A DNA stretch of 64,000 nt, from IMG/VR virus record IMGVR_UViG_3300025133_000026, one strand, 5' to 3'. This document shows, one piece after another, positions 46,527 to 56,800 of the stretch. Within the stretch, counting starts at the first letter, position 1. The number at the start of each line of letters is the position of its first letter. A program made the position numbers and the translations under genes. Under the pieces are notes generated by a model. It saw only the letters and a list, made by a program, of their open reading frames with translations, ran no database searches and had not been told where the DNA came from. The stretch comes from a virus.

Positions 46527-48490
46527 TATGAATTCTCCTTGTCAGTTAGGTAATCCTTGATATCAAATCCAGAATCAATAAAGCCACGCTTCATCATGCT
46601 ATCAACATAGTTGAGCGCCGCCTCTTCATCCTGGTCATCACAAATTGAAGTATATCTCTCAACCACTAGCTGGCCCCATCTGTCAAGATTGTCGACAGTT
46701 TTTGCTGCCTTCTTTCCGTCTTGAGCAAGAGTAGGATCATCGAGAACAACTTCTGCTTTTTCTGTTTTTAGAATCTCAAGTTCACAGGCAGTCTTTAGAA
46801 GATCACCGACTGAATCTTTGAGTTCTTGAACATTCTTTTCCTTGAGACTGTCTTTGATGGCCTCAAGTCCTCCTTCAGTACCATTGAGTTTTTGAAGTAG
46901 GGAAACATGATCCGCGAGAAGAGTTTTGTACTCTCCCGAGATTTGCTCTAGCTGCTCATCAGCAGAGTCGGTTAGACCCTCCTGTGCAGTTAGTTGAGTT
47001 GCAAGCTGAGAAACTTGCTCCTCTAGAGCGGCGAGCTTATCGACCAGGGTGTTGAGGTCCGGAGCTTTCGCTACCTTTTCCTTTTCCTCTACGGCTGAAG
47101 TAAGCTGCGTAATCGCATCCTTAAGATCTTCAATCTCAAATTCTGAAGTACGCTTTAGTAAATCGGATAGTTCCATATCTAAATCGTCTTCCTTTGAATC
47201 TTTGTTAACTAGAACATATTCCCCGGTATCTTCTCCAGCTATGCTGAATTGATCCAAGGGACCATTGATCATCGCTCCGCGCAAACCTTTCTCCTCAAGT
47301 ATAGCATGAAGTTTTGCGTGAACTTTATATACATCTGTAGGCATTTGCTCTTTTCTGGATAAAGACCATTCGTCTTCTTCTCGAACTGTATTATCCCATT
47401 CCCAATGAAGACCATCATGGAATCTAAGCAAAGCCTGTTGTTCCATCATTGTCTCTCCATCGAATGCATCTTCCCAATTTACTTCGCGGCCCTCGTGTAG
47501 GTCTTTGTAAAGATCTAGGAGACAACTTTGAGTATCTGTCATTTGCTTAACTTCTACTTCTTTCTCTTCTTTGTCAGAAACAGAGAGACCATCAAGAACG
47601 TCAGTATTTGCCTGCTGTATGCCATCAACAACACCAGCACTATCAGTAATTGAAAGCAGCTCGTAAGGAGTCGATCGTAAATTGTCAGTATAAACCGGTG
47701 TAATTTCTTCAGCATTTTCATGTAAATCTACAATCCTCACACCTTCACTAACAGCCTCACTGTCTGCCGGAATATTTACAAAGGAGACCTCTTCGTATGA
47801 GAGATTTCCTGCGATAAGAAACATGGGCGCGCCATCAACCATTTCTCCAACATCATGCTCACAACGTCCATCACTAACCCAATCTGTTTTGCAACAAGAG
47901 CACACTGCGGCATCTGTGGCGGCGCGGGTAGACACAGTTTGGTAACGGCCATCAAGAACCTTTGTCATCGCGTCAGAGTCTGTCACTTGAAGTGTAGTTC
48001 GTCCAAACCCTAACCCCTGAAAGTCTTTAGAGAACAGAAGACCAGAGTGAACTAAAGATTCAACAGCATCGACAGCCTGCCACATTCTATTCATTGTGGG
48101 TAAAGCAGCTATAGCGTCCTTAACATCACTGTACTTGTCAGAAATACGACCAAACACTTCACCGGAAGTGTCTATATATTCTGCAGCGACTACACGACCC
48201 AAAGGAGCGTCATAAGTATTATGCTCTGTAAGAACAGGCTTGTTGAAGGATGATGTTCCTCCTCCGTCTTTGGAAACAAAGCTTTTGATACCGTCTCTCA
48301 TTTTTGCAGGCAAGTACAAACCATTGTTTCGGGTGATGCGAGCAGCGTGCGTTGCTCGTACAGTAATCTCTACTCCAGTACCCGCCCGGACAAAAGAATC
48401 AATCATATGAAGCTTTTGGTCCTTGTCCCATTGTTTTTTGAGGTCAGGGTTTAAGAGAATGGAGTCATAAATGTAAATTTTCTTAGCCAT
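46526..48490 (-). CDS. Prohead protease fused to scaffold (654 aa)
   Basis: KPVLTEHN...PLGRV, KVLDGRYQTVS, CSCC...CEH, YEEVSFVNIPAD; acidic coiled-coil C-terminus. Confidence 0.8.
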   Translation of the reverse strand: MAKKIYIYDSILLNPDLKKQWDKDQKLHMIDSFVRAGTGVEITVRATHAARITRNNGLYLPAKMRDGIKSFVSKDGGGTSSFNKPVLTEHNTYDAPLGRVVAAEYIDTSGEVFGRISDKYSDVKDAIAALPTMNRMWQAVDAVESLVHSGLLFSKDFQGLGFGRTTLQVTDSDAMTKVLDGRYQTVSTRAATDAAVCSCCKTDWVSDGRCEHDVGEMVDGAPMFLIAGNLSYEEVSFVNIPADSEAVSEGVRIVDLHENAEEITPVYTDNLRSTPYELLSITDSAGVVDGIQQANTDVLDGLSVSDKEEKEVEVKQMTDTQSCLLDLYKDLHEGREVNWEDAFDGETMMEQQALLRFHDGLHWEWDNTVREEDEWSLSRKEQMPTDVYKVHAKLHAILEEKGLRGAMINGPLDQFSIAGEDTGEYVLVNKDSKEDDLDMELSDLLKRTSEFEIEDLKDAITQLTSAVEEKEKVAKAPDLNTLVDKLAALEEQVSQLATQLTAQEGLTDSADEQLEQISGEYKTLLADHVSLLQKLNGTEGGLEAIKDSLKEKNVQELKDSVGDLLKTACELEILKTEKAEVVLDDPTLAQDGKKAAKTVDNLDRWGQLVVERYTSICDDQDEEAALNYVDSMMKRGFIDSGFDIKDYLTDKENS

Positions 48491-50615
48491 TCTTAATTCC
48501 TACAGAACACTTACAGTTTGGGTGATGAGGAGGAATATCGGCAATTGATACCTTTTTGACTTTCAACTTCACATCACTAAAGTTAGAACACTCTTCACAA
48601 TCAGACTCACTAGCACTATTATACACAGTTTCTATATTCTGGCTTCTGTAACCCATTAGTTTTCCATAGTTATAAGATCTAGTTAATTCAGTATTGTAAA
48701 TAGCGTTAAGCCGCCCCTTCGAAATATCAAGAACAGAAGTATCGGAGTCGGTCATTTTGTATTTTTTAGCTCTACGAGATATATCATCCCTAAGCTTAAG
48801 AAGATAGTGGTCGAGATAAGTTTCTACTGTCTTGAAACCTGTTACAACAACTGTATCTGTCAGGCTTAAGCCACTTGCCCTAACTCCGTTTCTGAATTCT
48901 CTAGCGGCGAGCGCTTTAAACTTGTCAGTAAGGTCACGATGCCAGGCATCGATAATCCGATCAATCCATGCTTCCGACGCGCTGGTATTCTTGTAAAAAA
49001 GAACATCAGATTTGATAACTTGGAAAGACTCATTGATTAAATTATCAATAAAGTCTTTATTTGTTTTCGGTCCTGTTCTAGTACCGTGCTGATTCGCTGG
49101 CCTGTTGCGTGCGGCTCCAGAACGTTGTCCACTTGTCTTGCCACTTGCTGGGGCAACTTTCTTTGCCTGTTGTTCTTGCTTAGCACGCTGATCACCCTTA
49201 GAGACATTCCCTGATTGCACTGCAGTTGAATTATTCTCTGCAGCAACTTCAGGTAAATATCTTTCATCAATAGATTGAATAATTAGCTCAGGCTCTTGAA
49301 TGAGTTTCCAATAAGTCTGCTCCCACCACTCTTCGTCTTCTGGAGTTTTTGGATCATGTCCAATCGCAACCCGAAGTTCATCAAAGTTGATAGCGTGCTG
49401 AGTGAAGAGCTGAACCATGTGGTTTTGCCAAGCAATCTTCTGGTCTTTGTTAATCTCCTTGAACTGAAGGTGAACCATTTTGTCAGAATCAGTGATGTCG
49501 AGACTACCTTCCAGCATAAGTTCTTGAATTACAAAATAATCAAACTGAGCTTCAAAATCATCCTGAATATCTTTAACCTCGTCTCTTAGGTTTTGAGACA
49601 TGGTATCAGCAGTGGAACGATTGCTTGTGCCGCCTTCTCCAAAGTCAACAGTTGAAACACCGAGACCAGCAAAAACCCTATCTCTAAAGTGCTTCAGGTA
49701 TCCCTCCGCACGTAAGGCTCGGCCCTCAGAACCAATAAGAGAAATGCTATGTCGTTCTGGAGTAACAATCATTCCCTCTGGGGGCATGTATTCAATTTCT
49801 TGCTGAACAACATCAATCTCTGAACTGCCGTCAGGGTATATTACAGCAGGATCGTTGTCTGTTCCGACCTGATACTGAAACAAAGGAAATAGGTTTTGAT
49901 AAACAAGAAGATCAATATTTTCTTCAATACGACGTAGAGTACGAATGTCATCGATGACTGGAGTCAGGAGTGGTGTACCCGTAGCAAAACCTGTCTTTTT
50001 GTCAATATAGAAGTGCACAACATCATTCGGAGAGAATTCTTTTTCTTTCCCCTCTACGGTTTGTTTGTATTTGATTACTTTTCCGTATTCGTTTCTTTTG
50101 ATCTCCACGGTTTCAGGAGGCATTATAAAATAACCGGCGACGGGTTTCAGGGAAGAACCTCCAATACGTCGAGCTTGGCCAGAAGAAATCTTTGGGTTTC
50201 TTGCCTTCACCAAGTAAGCGTTGGACTTTGTCACAAGATCATTGATGATTTCTTTTAGAAGAATTCTCCATGGCTTACCTTGGGCAAAACCTGTTTCTAA
50301 CATCCTCCTATTGACATAAGCCAAAGCATCTTGGTCTTTGGCTACTAGGTCCCAGCCCTCCTTGAAGGCAAGTCCTCTTTTCTTCCTATGTGTTTGTCTT
50401 ACATAGGCCTCGACATCCTCAATTCTATTAATCTCTTCAAGATCATATTCGGGCTGAGCGAAAGAATTGCGAGACCCATAAGACCTAGCGGGGTCAGATA
50501 TACGCTTCTGCATTGCCGGCTTCAGTTTCCCTTTTGGATTTTCTTCAGCATCGGACATTGTAAATGTAGAAGAGACTATATTGACCTTTATCTTGTTGTC
50601 AGTAGATTCAAGCAT
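48483..50615 (-). CDS. Portal protein with C-terminal MuF-like domain (710 aa)
   Basis: FIMPPETVEIKR, DVVHFYIDKK.GFATGTPLL.PVIDDI..LR portal motifs; C-terminal C..C...PPHHPNCKC. Confidence 0.85.
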   Translation of the reverse strand: MLESTDNKIKVNIVSSTFTMSDAEENPKGKLKPAMQKRISDPARSYGSRNSFAQPEYDLEEINRIEDVEAYVRQTHRKKRGLAFKEGWDLVAKDQDALAYVNRRMLETGFAQGKPWRILLKEIINDLVTKSNAYLVKARNPKISSGQARRIGGSSLKPVAGYFIMPPETVEIKRNEYGKVIKYKQTVEGKEKEFSPNDVVHFYIDKKTGFATGTPLLTPVIDDIRTLRRIEENIDLLVYQNLFPLFQYQVGTDNDPAVIYPDGSSEIDVVQQEIEYMPPEGMIVTPERHSISLIGSEGRALRAEGYLKHFRDRVFAGLGVSTVDFGEGGTSNRSTADTMSQNLRDEVKDIQDDFEAQFDYFVIQELMLEGSLDITDSDKMVHLQFKEINKDQKIAWQNHMVQLFTQHAINFDELRVAIGHDPKTPEDEEWWEQTYWKLIQEPELIIQSIDERYLPEVAAENNSTAVQSGNVSKGDQRAKQEQQAKKVAPASGKTSGQRSGAARNRPANQHGTRTGPKTNKDFIDNLINESFQVIKSDVLFYKNTSASEAWIDRIIDAWHRDLTDKFKALAAREFRNGVRASGLSLTDTVVVTGFKTVETYLDHYLLKLRDDISRRAKKYKMTDSDTSVLDISKGRLNAIYNTELTRSYNYGKLMGYRSQNIETVYNSASESDCEECSNFSDVKLKVKKVSIADIPPHHPNCKCSVGIKNG

Positions 50616-52009
50616 TAGTCTGTAGACTCCAGATCCTTAATCCATTCCGCAATCTTGTCTTGTTCCTCGCTATTGAGCAAACCGAGACAGGACGGAACTT
50701 GTTTCGACGTTTCTAATATTGTATCACTAACAGTGAGACTCTCATTTTCTATTACAATTTCAACACCAGAGGGGAGACTGTTTGTTTGTGCTAGTTGATC
50801 GATAAGAGCCTGAATGTCTACAGCAGAAAGTGCTTGACTTGGATCTGTACAAACGCTATCGCTTTGAATAGCTTTGGTGATCGCTCTAATCAAGCCGACC
50901 AGTCGAACTAAATCAACAAGAATTGCAGCATAATCCATTCTGAGAGTTAGGCCTCGACCCAACATATCGATAAGTACCCGAACAGCTTTCTTGTATTTTG
51001 CTCTCCATTTTTCAATTAATTCTTTTACATCCTGTGTTCCAAGAAGCAAAGACTCAATTGCTGATATTGACCCAAGAACATCTTTATGAGTCACATACCC
51101 CCCGGTCGGGGCAATGTTTATATTCCACTTGGGGAATCCTCCAACAGAGGTTTCATCCAGGTCTTCTTCAGGCTCGTCAAATCTATCGAACTCGGCCTCT
51201 TCATCAAAGCCAGCCCTTCGTTCCTGGCCTTCTCTAAAAGAGCTTGCAGTGCCTTGTGCTGCCGCTACAGAGGTTTCGACAGCATGCTCTAGACTCATCA
51301 CTGCTGCTGTCAGAGAGTTCATGAAATTAATTACATAATCTATAAAACAACCCAAAGCCCCTAAGCCAAGCTGAGCCACCATATCAAGCAAGAGAAGGAT
51401 AAACATTAGGATAGGTAGTAGCAATGCGCCAAGAACCCCAATCCAATCAATGTCTAACTTAAAGCTTAACGTAAGGTAATGCTCAATTAGGAAAGCCAAT
51501 AAGGCGAGAACAATAATTAGATCCTGAGGACAGGTAAATCTTAAAGCATCTAAGAGAGGACAAATTGTTGAATAGAAGCCTGTAGGATCTAACAGGCCTT
51601 TTAGTTTCTCAATGAAATTTTCGATCTGATCTAGGTAACTACTCAGTAATTCCATAAAGGAAGGGAAGGGAAGATTTTCCCATCCGAACTCTACTCTGTC
51701 ATCACAGGGAATGCATTCCTTAAATTTGCTAATAGCTTGTTTACCAAGGGTGACTAGTTTTCCAGATTCGTTTTCTTCGGCAGACTCCATACCTGCAAAG
51801 GTATCAATTAATCCACCTAGAGAAGAAATCATTCCTCTTTGCTTTTCAATTTCTCCTAGCTGAGAACCCAGAATGCCTTCCTCTGTTCCTGATTTCCTCG
51901 CACCTTCTTCATAAGCCTTGATAATAAGATGAAGGTCTGCTTCAATATAAGGATTCGAATTCTGTAAAGGTGTCTCTGTTCCAGGAGTAGTTGTTATTAA
52001 AGCTGCCAT
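50615..52009 (-). CDS. Predicted membrane protein (464 aa)
   Basis: Long hydrophobic stretch LIIVLALLAFL...IGVLGALLLPILMFILLLL; conserved-looking Cys (CIPC, CP, C). Confidence 0.5.
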   Translation of the reverse strand: MAALITTTPGTETPLQNSNPYIEADLHLIIKAYEEGARKSGTEEGILGSQLGEIEKQRGMISSLGGLIDTFAGMESAEENESGKLVTLGKQAISKFKECIPCDDRVEFGWENLPFPSFMELLSSYLDQIENFIEKLKGLLDPTGFYSTICPLLDALRFTCPQDLIIVLALLAFLIEHYLTLSFKLDIDWIGVLGALLLPILMFILLLLDMVAQLGLGALGCFIDYVINFMNSLTAAVMSLEHAVETSVAAAQGTASSFREGQERRAGFDEEAEFDRFDEPEEDLDETSVGGFPKWNINIAPTGGYVTHKDVLGSISAIESLLLGTQDVKELIEKWRAKYKKAVRVLIDMLGRGLTLRMDYAAILVDLVRLVGLIRAITKAIQSDSVCTDPSQALSAVDIQALIDQLAQTNSLPSGVEIVIENESLTVSDTILETSKQVPSCLGLLNSEEQDKIAEWIKDLESTD

Positions 52010-52311
52010 TATTCAGTCTCTTCTTCGTCTGAATCAAATTCAACAAGATCTTCATATTTGTCAGCAATATTTTTTCCTCTGTCGAGATTCTTTTTATATT
52101 CCTTGGCTAAAGACTTAGCCCCAGACTGAGTTATGGATAAATCTGCAGAGTCTGGAAGTAGCGTATTCAAGAAACCAGTAAGAGCATCGATGAATGTCTG
52201 CATATCTTCTCTGGTGACAAAGTCCCGTCCAATCTTTGCAAACATTCTTTCATATTGTTCTTCCAAGTCTCTCTTCTGGCGATTTACTTCATCTTGGGCT
52301 TGAAAAGGCAT
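52009..52311 (-). CDS. Hypothetical protein (100 aa)
   Basis: ORF track; TAATG coupling. Confidence 0.55.
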   Translation of the reverse strand: MPFQAQDEVNRQKRDLEEQYERMFAKIGRDFVTREDMQTFIDALTGFLNTLLPDSADLSITQSGAKSLAKEYKKNLDRGKNIADKYEDLVEFDSDEEETE

Positions 52312-52823
52312 TAGTCCTCCTCTTCAGAAAAAACAGAGTCAAGTTCTTCTTTATTGAATTGATTACGAAGCTCAAGTGCTTGCTGATACATTGGCCAGGT
52401 AATCTTGTTCGTCACTTCACCGAACACTCTCTTGATTGCAGCACGTAGGGCTAAATCTTTTCGAGTATTGACTTTGACGGTAAGGCCCTTCTCTTTTACC
52501 TTTTTATCTAGAATTCCTGCCAGACTTTGTAGTTCTCCATCAATGACTTCCATCCTCTCTTTGAGACCCTTTGCTTTTTGATAAAGGTCATTAGGATCAA
52601 AGTCCTTGATATTTTCTTCTGGAATATAGTCAAGACCAGTTAGGGCACTGGTCACTGACGCGTCCTTAAGAAACTGATCAATATCCAGTGGTTCTTTCGG
52701 ATCAGCCTTCAAGAGCTTTTTGACAGTTTCGTCTGTCGGACGTGGAAGGGGTTGGTCATCAACCTCACGCCGAATTCGATTAATTCCTTCAAGTATTTCT
52801 AGGGCTTTCTTTTTGTCAGACAT
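52311..52823 (-). CDS. Hypothetical helical protein (170 aa)
   Basis: ORF track; TAATG coupling. Confidence 0.55.
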   Translation of the reverse strand: MSDKKKALEILEGINRIRREVDDQPLPRPTDETVKKLLKADPKEPLDIDQFLKDASVTSALTGLDYIPEENIKDFDPNDLYQKAKGLKERMEVIDGELQSLAGILDKKVKEKGLTVKVNTRKDLALRAAIKRVFGEVTNKITWPMYQQALELRNQFNKEELDSVFSEEED

Positions 52824-53260
52824 TAACCAACCACATGTTCTGTATAGGCTACTTTGAGAGAAACGTCAGTGAAGCTTTGGGCTTCATAATTCCCAGGGAT
52901 TGTTATCCTCGCCCAGAAAGGATGGTAACTAGTAATATCTGCCTGAGAGGAGGTCCCAATCGCTGATAAGGATATCGGATCTCCTGCGACAACCGCGTCC
53001 CACTCGAAGGGGGTCGGTTCTCTAATTCCAGTACTCAATTGCATTCCTCTCCCATTTCCATAGATGCCTAAAATATTCTCATCCCCGAGAGATGACTCTG
53101 GAGTAACAGTCAGGTTGTCATAATAAACACTAATACTATCGTTCTTTAAGTAGATCAAGGCGGTTACTATCTCTCCCTTTACTCCGTTATGTGAAGTAAT
53201 AAGAACATCTGACAAGTCAGAAAAGGCGACTTTATTTGAATTGTAAAACTTGAGTCCCAT
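52823..53260 (-). CDS. Hypothetical virion protein (145 aa)
   Basis: ORF track; beta-rich; YHPFWARITIP motif. Confidence 0.5.
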   Translation of the reverse strand: MGLKFYNSNKVAFSDLSDVLITSHNGVKGEIVTALIYLKNDSISVYYDNLTVTPESSLGDENILGIYGNGRGMQLSTGIREPTPFEWDAVVAGDPISLSAIGTSSQADITSYHPFWARITIPGNYEAQSFTDVSLKVAYTEHVVG

Positions 53261-53880
53261 TATCTGTTAATCCTATTCATTTTCTTGGATTGATTAGAAG
53301 AGCCCAGCAGGGAGTGTGCAGCAGAAGCACCGACACCAGTGGCTGCAGCTAATCCTGTTCCTGTTCCTCCAGCTGCCCATGCAATCATCGTTGAGTATCC
53401 TCCACGTTGCTGTTGTTTAGAAAGTAAATTTACACGCCGGCGAGCAGTTTTTTTTACTATCATCTTTCTGTATTGTCCTGAGAGAGTTTTCCTTCCTACT
53501 CCAGCACCAATAGCCCCCATTGTAAAGTTAAGGAGTCCAGAATCGGTTGGGCTCATAAAAGTATTCGCAAGACCACCAACAGCCATTGTCGTAATCATAC
53601 CACCATGTGTTGCCCAAATACTTTGATGGTTTTTGTGCATAAACCTCATGGCTTGTCCTCCAGCTTTCCAGGCCGGTCGCGCATATTTTAATGCGCTAAC
53701 GCCAAGAGCTGTTTTGGCTCCCATACTAGCGCCAGAAACAAAGCCAGTTCCAAACTTATCGTTCCACACACCAGCCGCAAAGCCGCTCGCGAGTCCGGTA
53801 CCTAGAGCGGCACCAGCCGTAACGATTCCAGTTTTTATACCTGCTTGAACAATACTTCTGCTTACAATAGGAGAAATCAT
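53260..53880 (-). CDS. Gly/Ala-rich basic hydrophobic protein, possible ejection/internal head protein (206 aa)
   Basis: Composition; Gly-zipper-like helices. Confidence 0.4.
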   Translation of the reverse strand: MISPIVSRSIVQAGIKTGIVTAGAALGTGLASGFAAGVWNDKFGTGFVSGASMGAKTALGVSALKYARPAWKAGGQAMRFMHKNHQSIWATHGGMITTMAVGGLANTFMSPTDSGLLNFTMGAIGAGVGRKTLSGQYRKMIVKKTARRRVNLLSKQQQRGGYSTMIAWAAGGTGTGLAAATGVGASAAHSLLGSSNQSKKMNRINR

Positions 53881-56800
53881 TAGATCTTACCTCTCTTGGG
53901 CTTCCCTCTTCTTCGAATACCAGAAGATCTAGAGGTAGCTTTCTTAGTGTGTTTCCATTCGGTATCCGAACCCCATCCGGATCGAATGGTACCAGCATGG
54001 CCTTGGGGGGTCCTTTCAAAAGACCTTCCTCCAGGTTGTGCTTGTCTTCGTTGATGTTCTCTCTGTTGAACGTAACCAGGATCATAATTTACTTCTAAAA
54101 ACCCTGGCATCCCGGCACCGCCAGGAAAGTTCTTTTTAAAGTCATCCATTGCCTCTTTCGGCAGCGGACCATCATTATTAGCAAACCTTGCGCCGATGCC
54201 CTCTGTAAAGCCAACATTTGGACTACTCATAAGTCGGGGTGCATAATCAGACATCTCTAAAATATAAGCGATTAGGGCAAGATTAAGAGCATCGAGTCGG
54301 TGATCTCCAACCTTCGCATCGTTCATGCCATACCTTGGAATACCAGTAGGACTGATCCCGTCTTGAATGTAATTTAAAAGCTGTTTGTGAAGAGTAATGT
54401 CTTTATAAGAAAAACGAATTCTTCCTTGTTCGAATTGTCGGACTGAGTTTTGGATAAGAAAAGCCTTTGCATGTGTCTTCTCTCTTCTTCTTGTTACAGG
54501 ATTTCTGTATTCAACCTTACTTCCGAAATCATAAGCCTTTAGACGATCATAAAGAGCAGCACCTTCCGATCCTGGGTTCACAAACCTTTGTTTATGAGAC
54601 CATGCTTGCAAGGATTCAATCTGCGACCCGCCATAACCTCTATCGACATAGATGAATTTGGGAGACCACTTTTGATTCAAATCAATAATGACTTCCATTG
54701 CTTTGTGCTGTTGATAATTTTGTTTAGAGATATTGACAGCTTCAACTACCCAGAATTCAAAGTCTGGTGCATCAGGGTTTAGTCCAGTTACAACTACCTC
54801 TACTCCTGCATTTGTGTTCCAATCAACACCTATAGAGTAAATCCAAGACGGTTCTCTGCGATTAAGAGAATACTTCTTATCTCCAACTGTTACCTTTGCT
54901 ATCTGTCCATAAGAATATGGCTTCTCTGCTTCTGCAACATGGCGTGGAGAATACATACCAGCAACCTGGTCAATAAATACAGCCATGTATTCTTGCATGA
55001 AGGAGGTTTCGTCGGTTCCCTCGGCTTCAATTTCATCTTTAACTTGATCCCAGTGATCAAGGACCGTAGACGGAAAGTAGAATTCTTTGACATGTGCTGA
55101 GCCTGTGCACTGGTTATAGAACCACTCTCTCTTACCTGTAGGTGTACTGGAGGACATAACAGCAACATCCGGTGTTGTCGCCTGGATAGGCTGAACAACC
55201 TGCTTAATGTCCTCTGCAGGCATGAAGTCGGCCTCGTCAAGAAGGATGAGATCTGCCGAATTGTGGACCACAACTCCATCATTAACTATAAAGTTGTGTG
55301 TGCCCCAAACCTCTATATCATAAAGTGTATCAACCCCTTTGCTTTTGATAGACTTGATAGCATCATAACGAAGATCATTAAAACTCATATTCGGAAAGCC
55401 CGCACTGTTTGCTAACGATAAGATTTCTTTAGACTTTTCTTCTTTCCCAGGAATAAGTCCGATAGACTTTAGAAGTCGCTTTGCTTCATTCACAGAACGG
55501 ATAGTAACCACATATTGTCTTTTGTGTTTCTTGCCCTTTAGGTATTTTTCTCTAGTTCGTAAAGTTCCGAAAACACCAAAGCTGGTCACTAGTTGCAAAA
55601 ACTGAGAGGCCAGATCACAACTTGTAGATGTAAACCCTATCTCAACTTGTTTGTTCTTAGCAACAAGCCAGCCATCTGTAGCTATTAGGCCTCTTAATAG
55701 AGCTGCTCTAACTGCAGGACCAGAGGCCAGGAGCTTAGAAGACAACTTCTTCTCTGGGGCTAGACTTCCCCATATTCCAGCATCGTCTAAAAGCTCTGCA
55801 ATTTCTATATTTCTAGTTCGTGGTGCCTTGATACGAATATCAACTGCTTTTGAGTTTTCCTTTTGGTAACTACTCCAGTCTACGTCCCAATTATCGAGAA
55901 TTGAACAAAATAAAGATTCGATTCTTTTATTAGCGACAGTAAATCTAACCGAACTGTGTTTTATAGCTTTTCTTCCACAACTTCCATCACCAGCCATTAG
56001 GCCAACAAACAGTGCTTCCTCTTCTGTGAAATGAACACCCTGTTTGTCAAGAGTGAAATTCTTTACTGTAGCAAGATGATTACTCTTTTTTAAATCTTTC
56101 AGTTTATTCCAAGAAAAGGTAGATTTCCCTAATTCAGAATATTTCTTTCTTATTCCTCGAGTAACAGTGCTGCTCAGAAGCCTGTGATCTTTTGAACAAA
56201 CAAGACTTCGGCCAGAGCGTAACCGAACTTCATATTTTTCCTTCTCTGTAGTATCAAACACTTTGGAAACCATAGAGGTGACTACCTTTCCATTGTTTGT
56301 TACAGAGAGGATGAGGTCATTCTTCTCGATATTAGAAATCTTCTTTCGTGACCCATCGGCCATCCAAACAAGAGTTTCTCCAGAAAGACACTGTCCACGA
56401 AGAGTGGACGCATTCTGTCCTGTACTAGCTCCTGTGGTGAAGCCCTTGATTGTTGCACCATTAGTAAAGACAAGCTCATGATAGGGAGTCTTTACGTTCC
56501 TCACAAGCTTAATGTCTGGATTTCTCGAAACAAGCTTCTTGATCTCTTCGAAAATCATAGAGATTTGAGCCAAGAATGGAGATACAACTAAAATCCGAGG
56601 GCCTCTCATGATCGGGGTGCCAGCGGCATCCACCTCATCACTTTTAACATAGGCGGTAATTGCTTTTCTAAGAGTAGAGACACACTCTTCGAATGTCTTT
56701 CCAGAACGCCGGCCAGCTCTCGATACTCTGTATTTTGCGGTACATTTAGCGACCACCCTCTGGTGATCACGAAAGTCTACACCCAGGACTTTTTTAGCCC

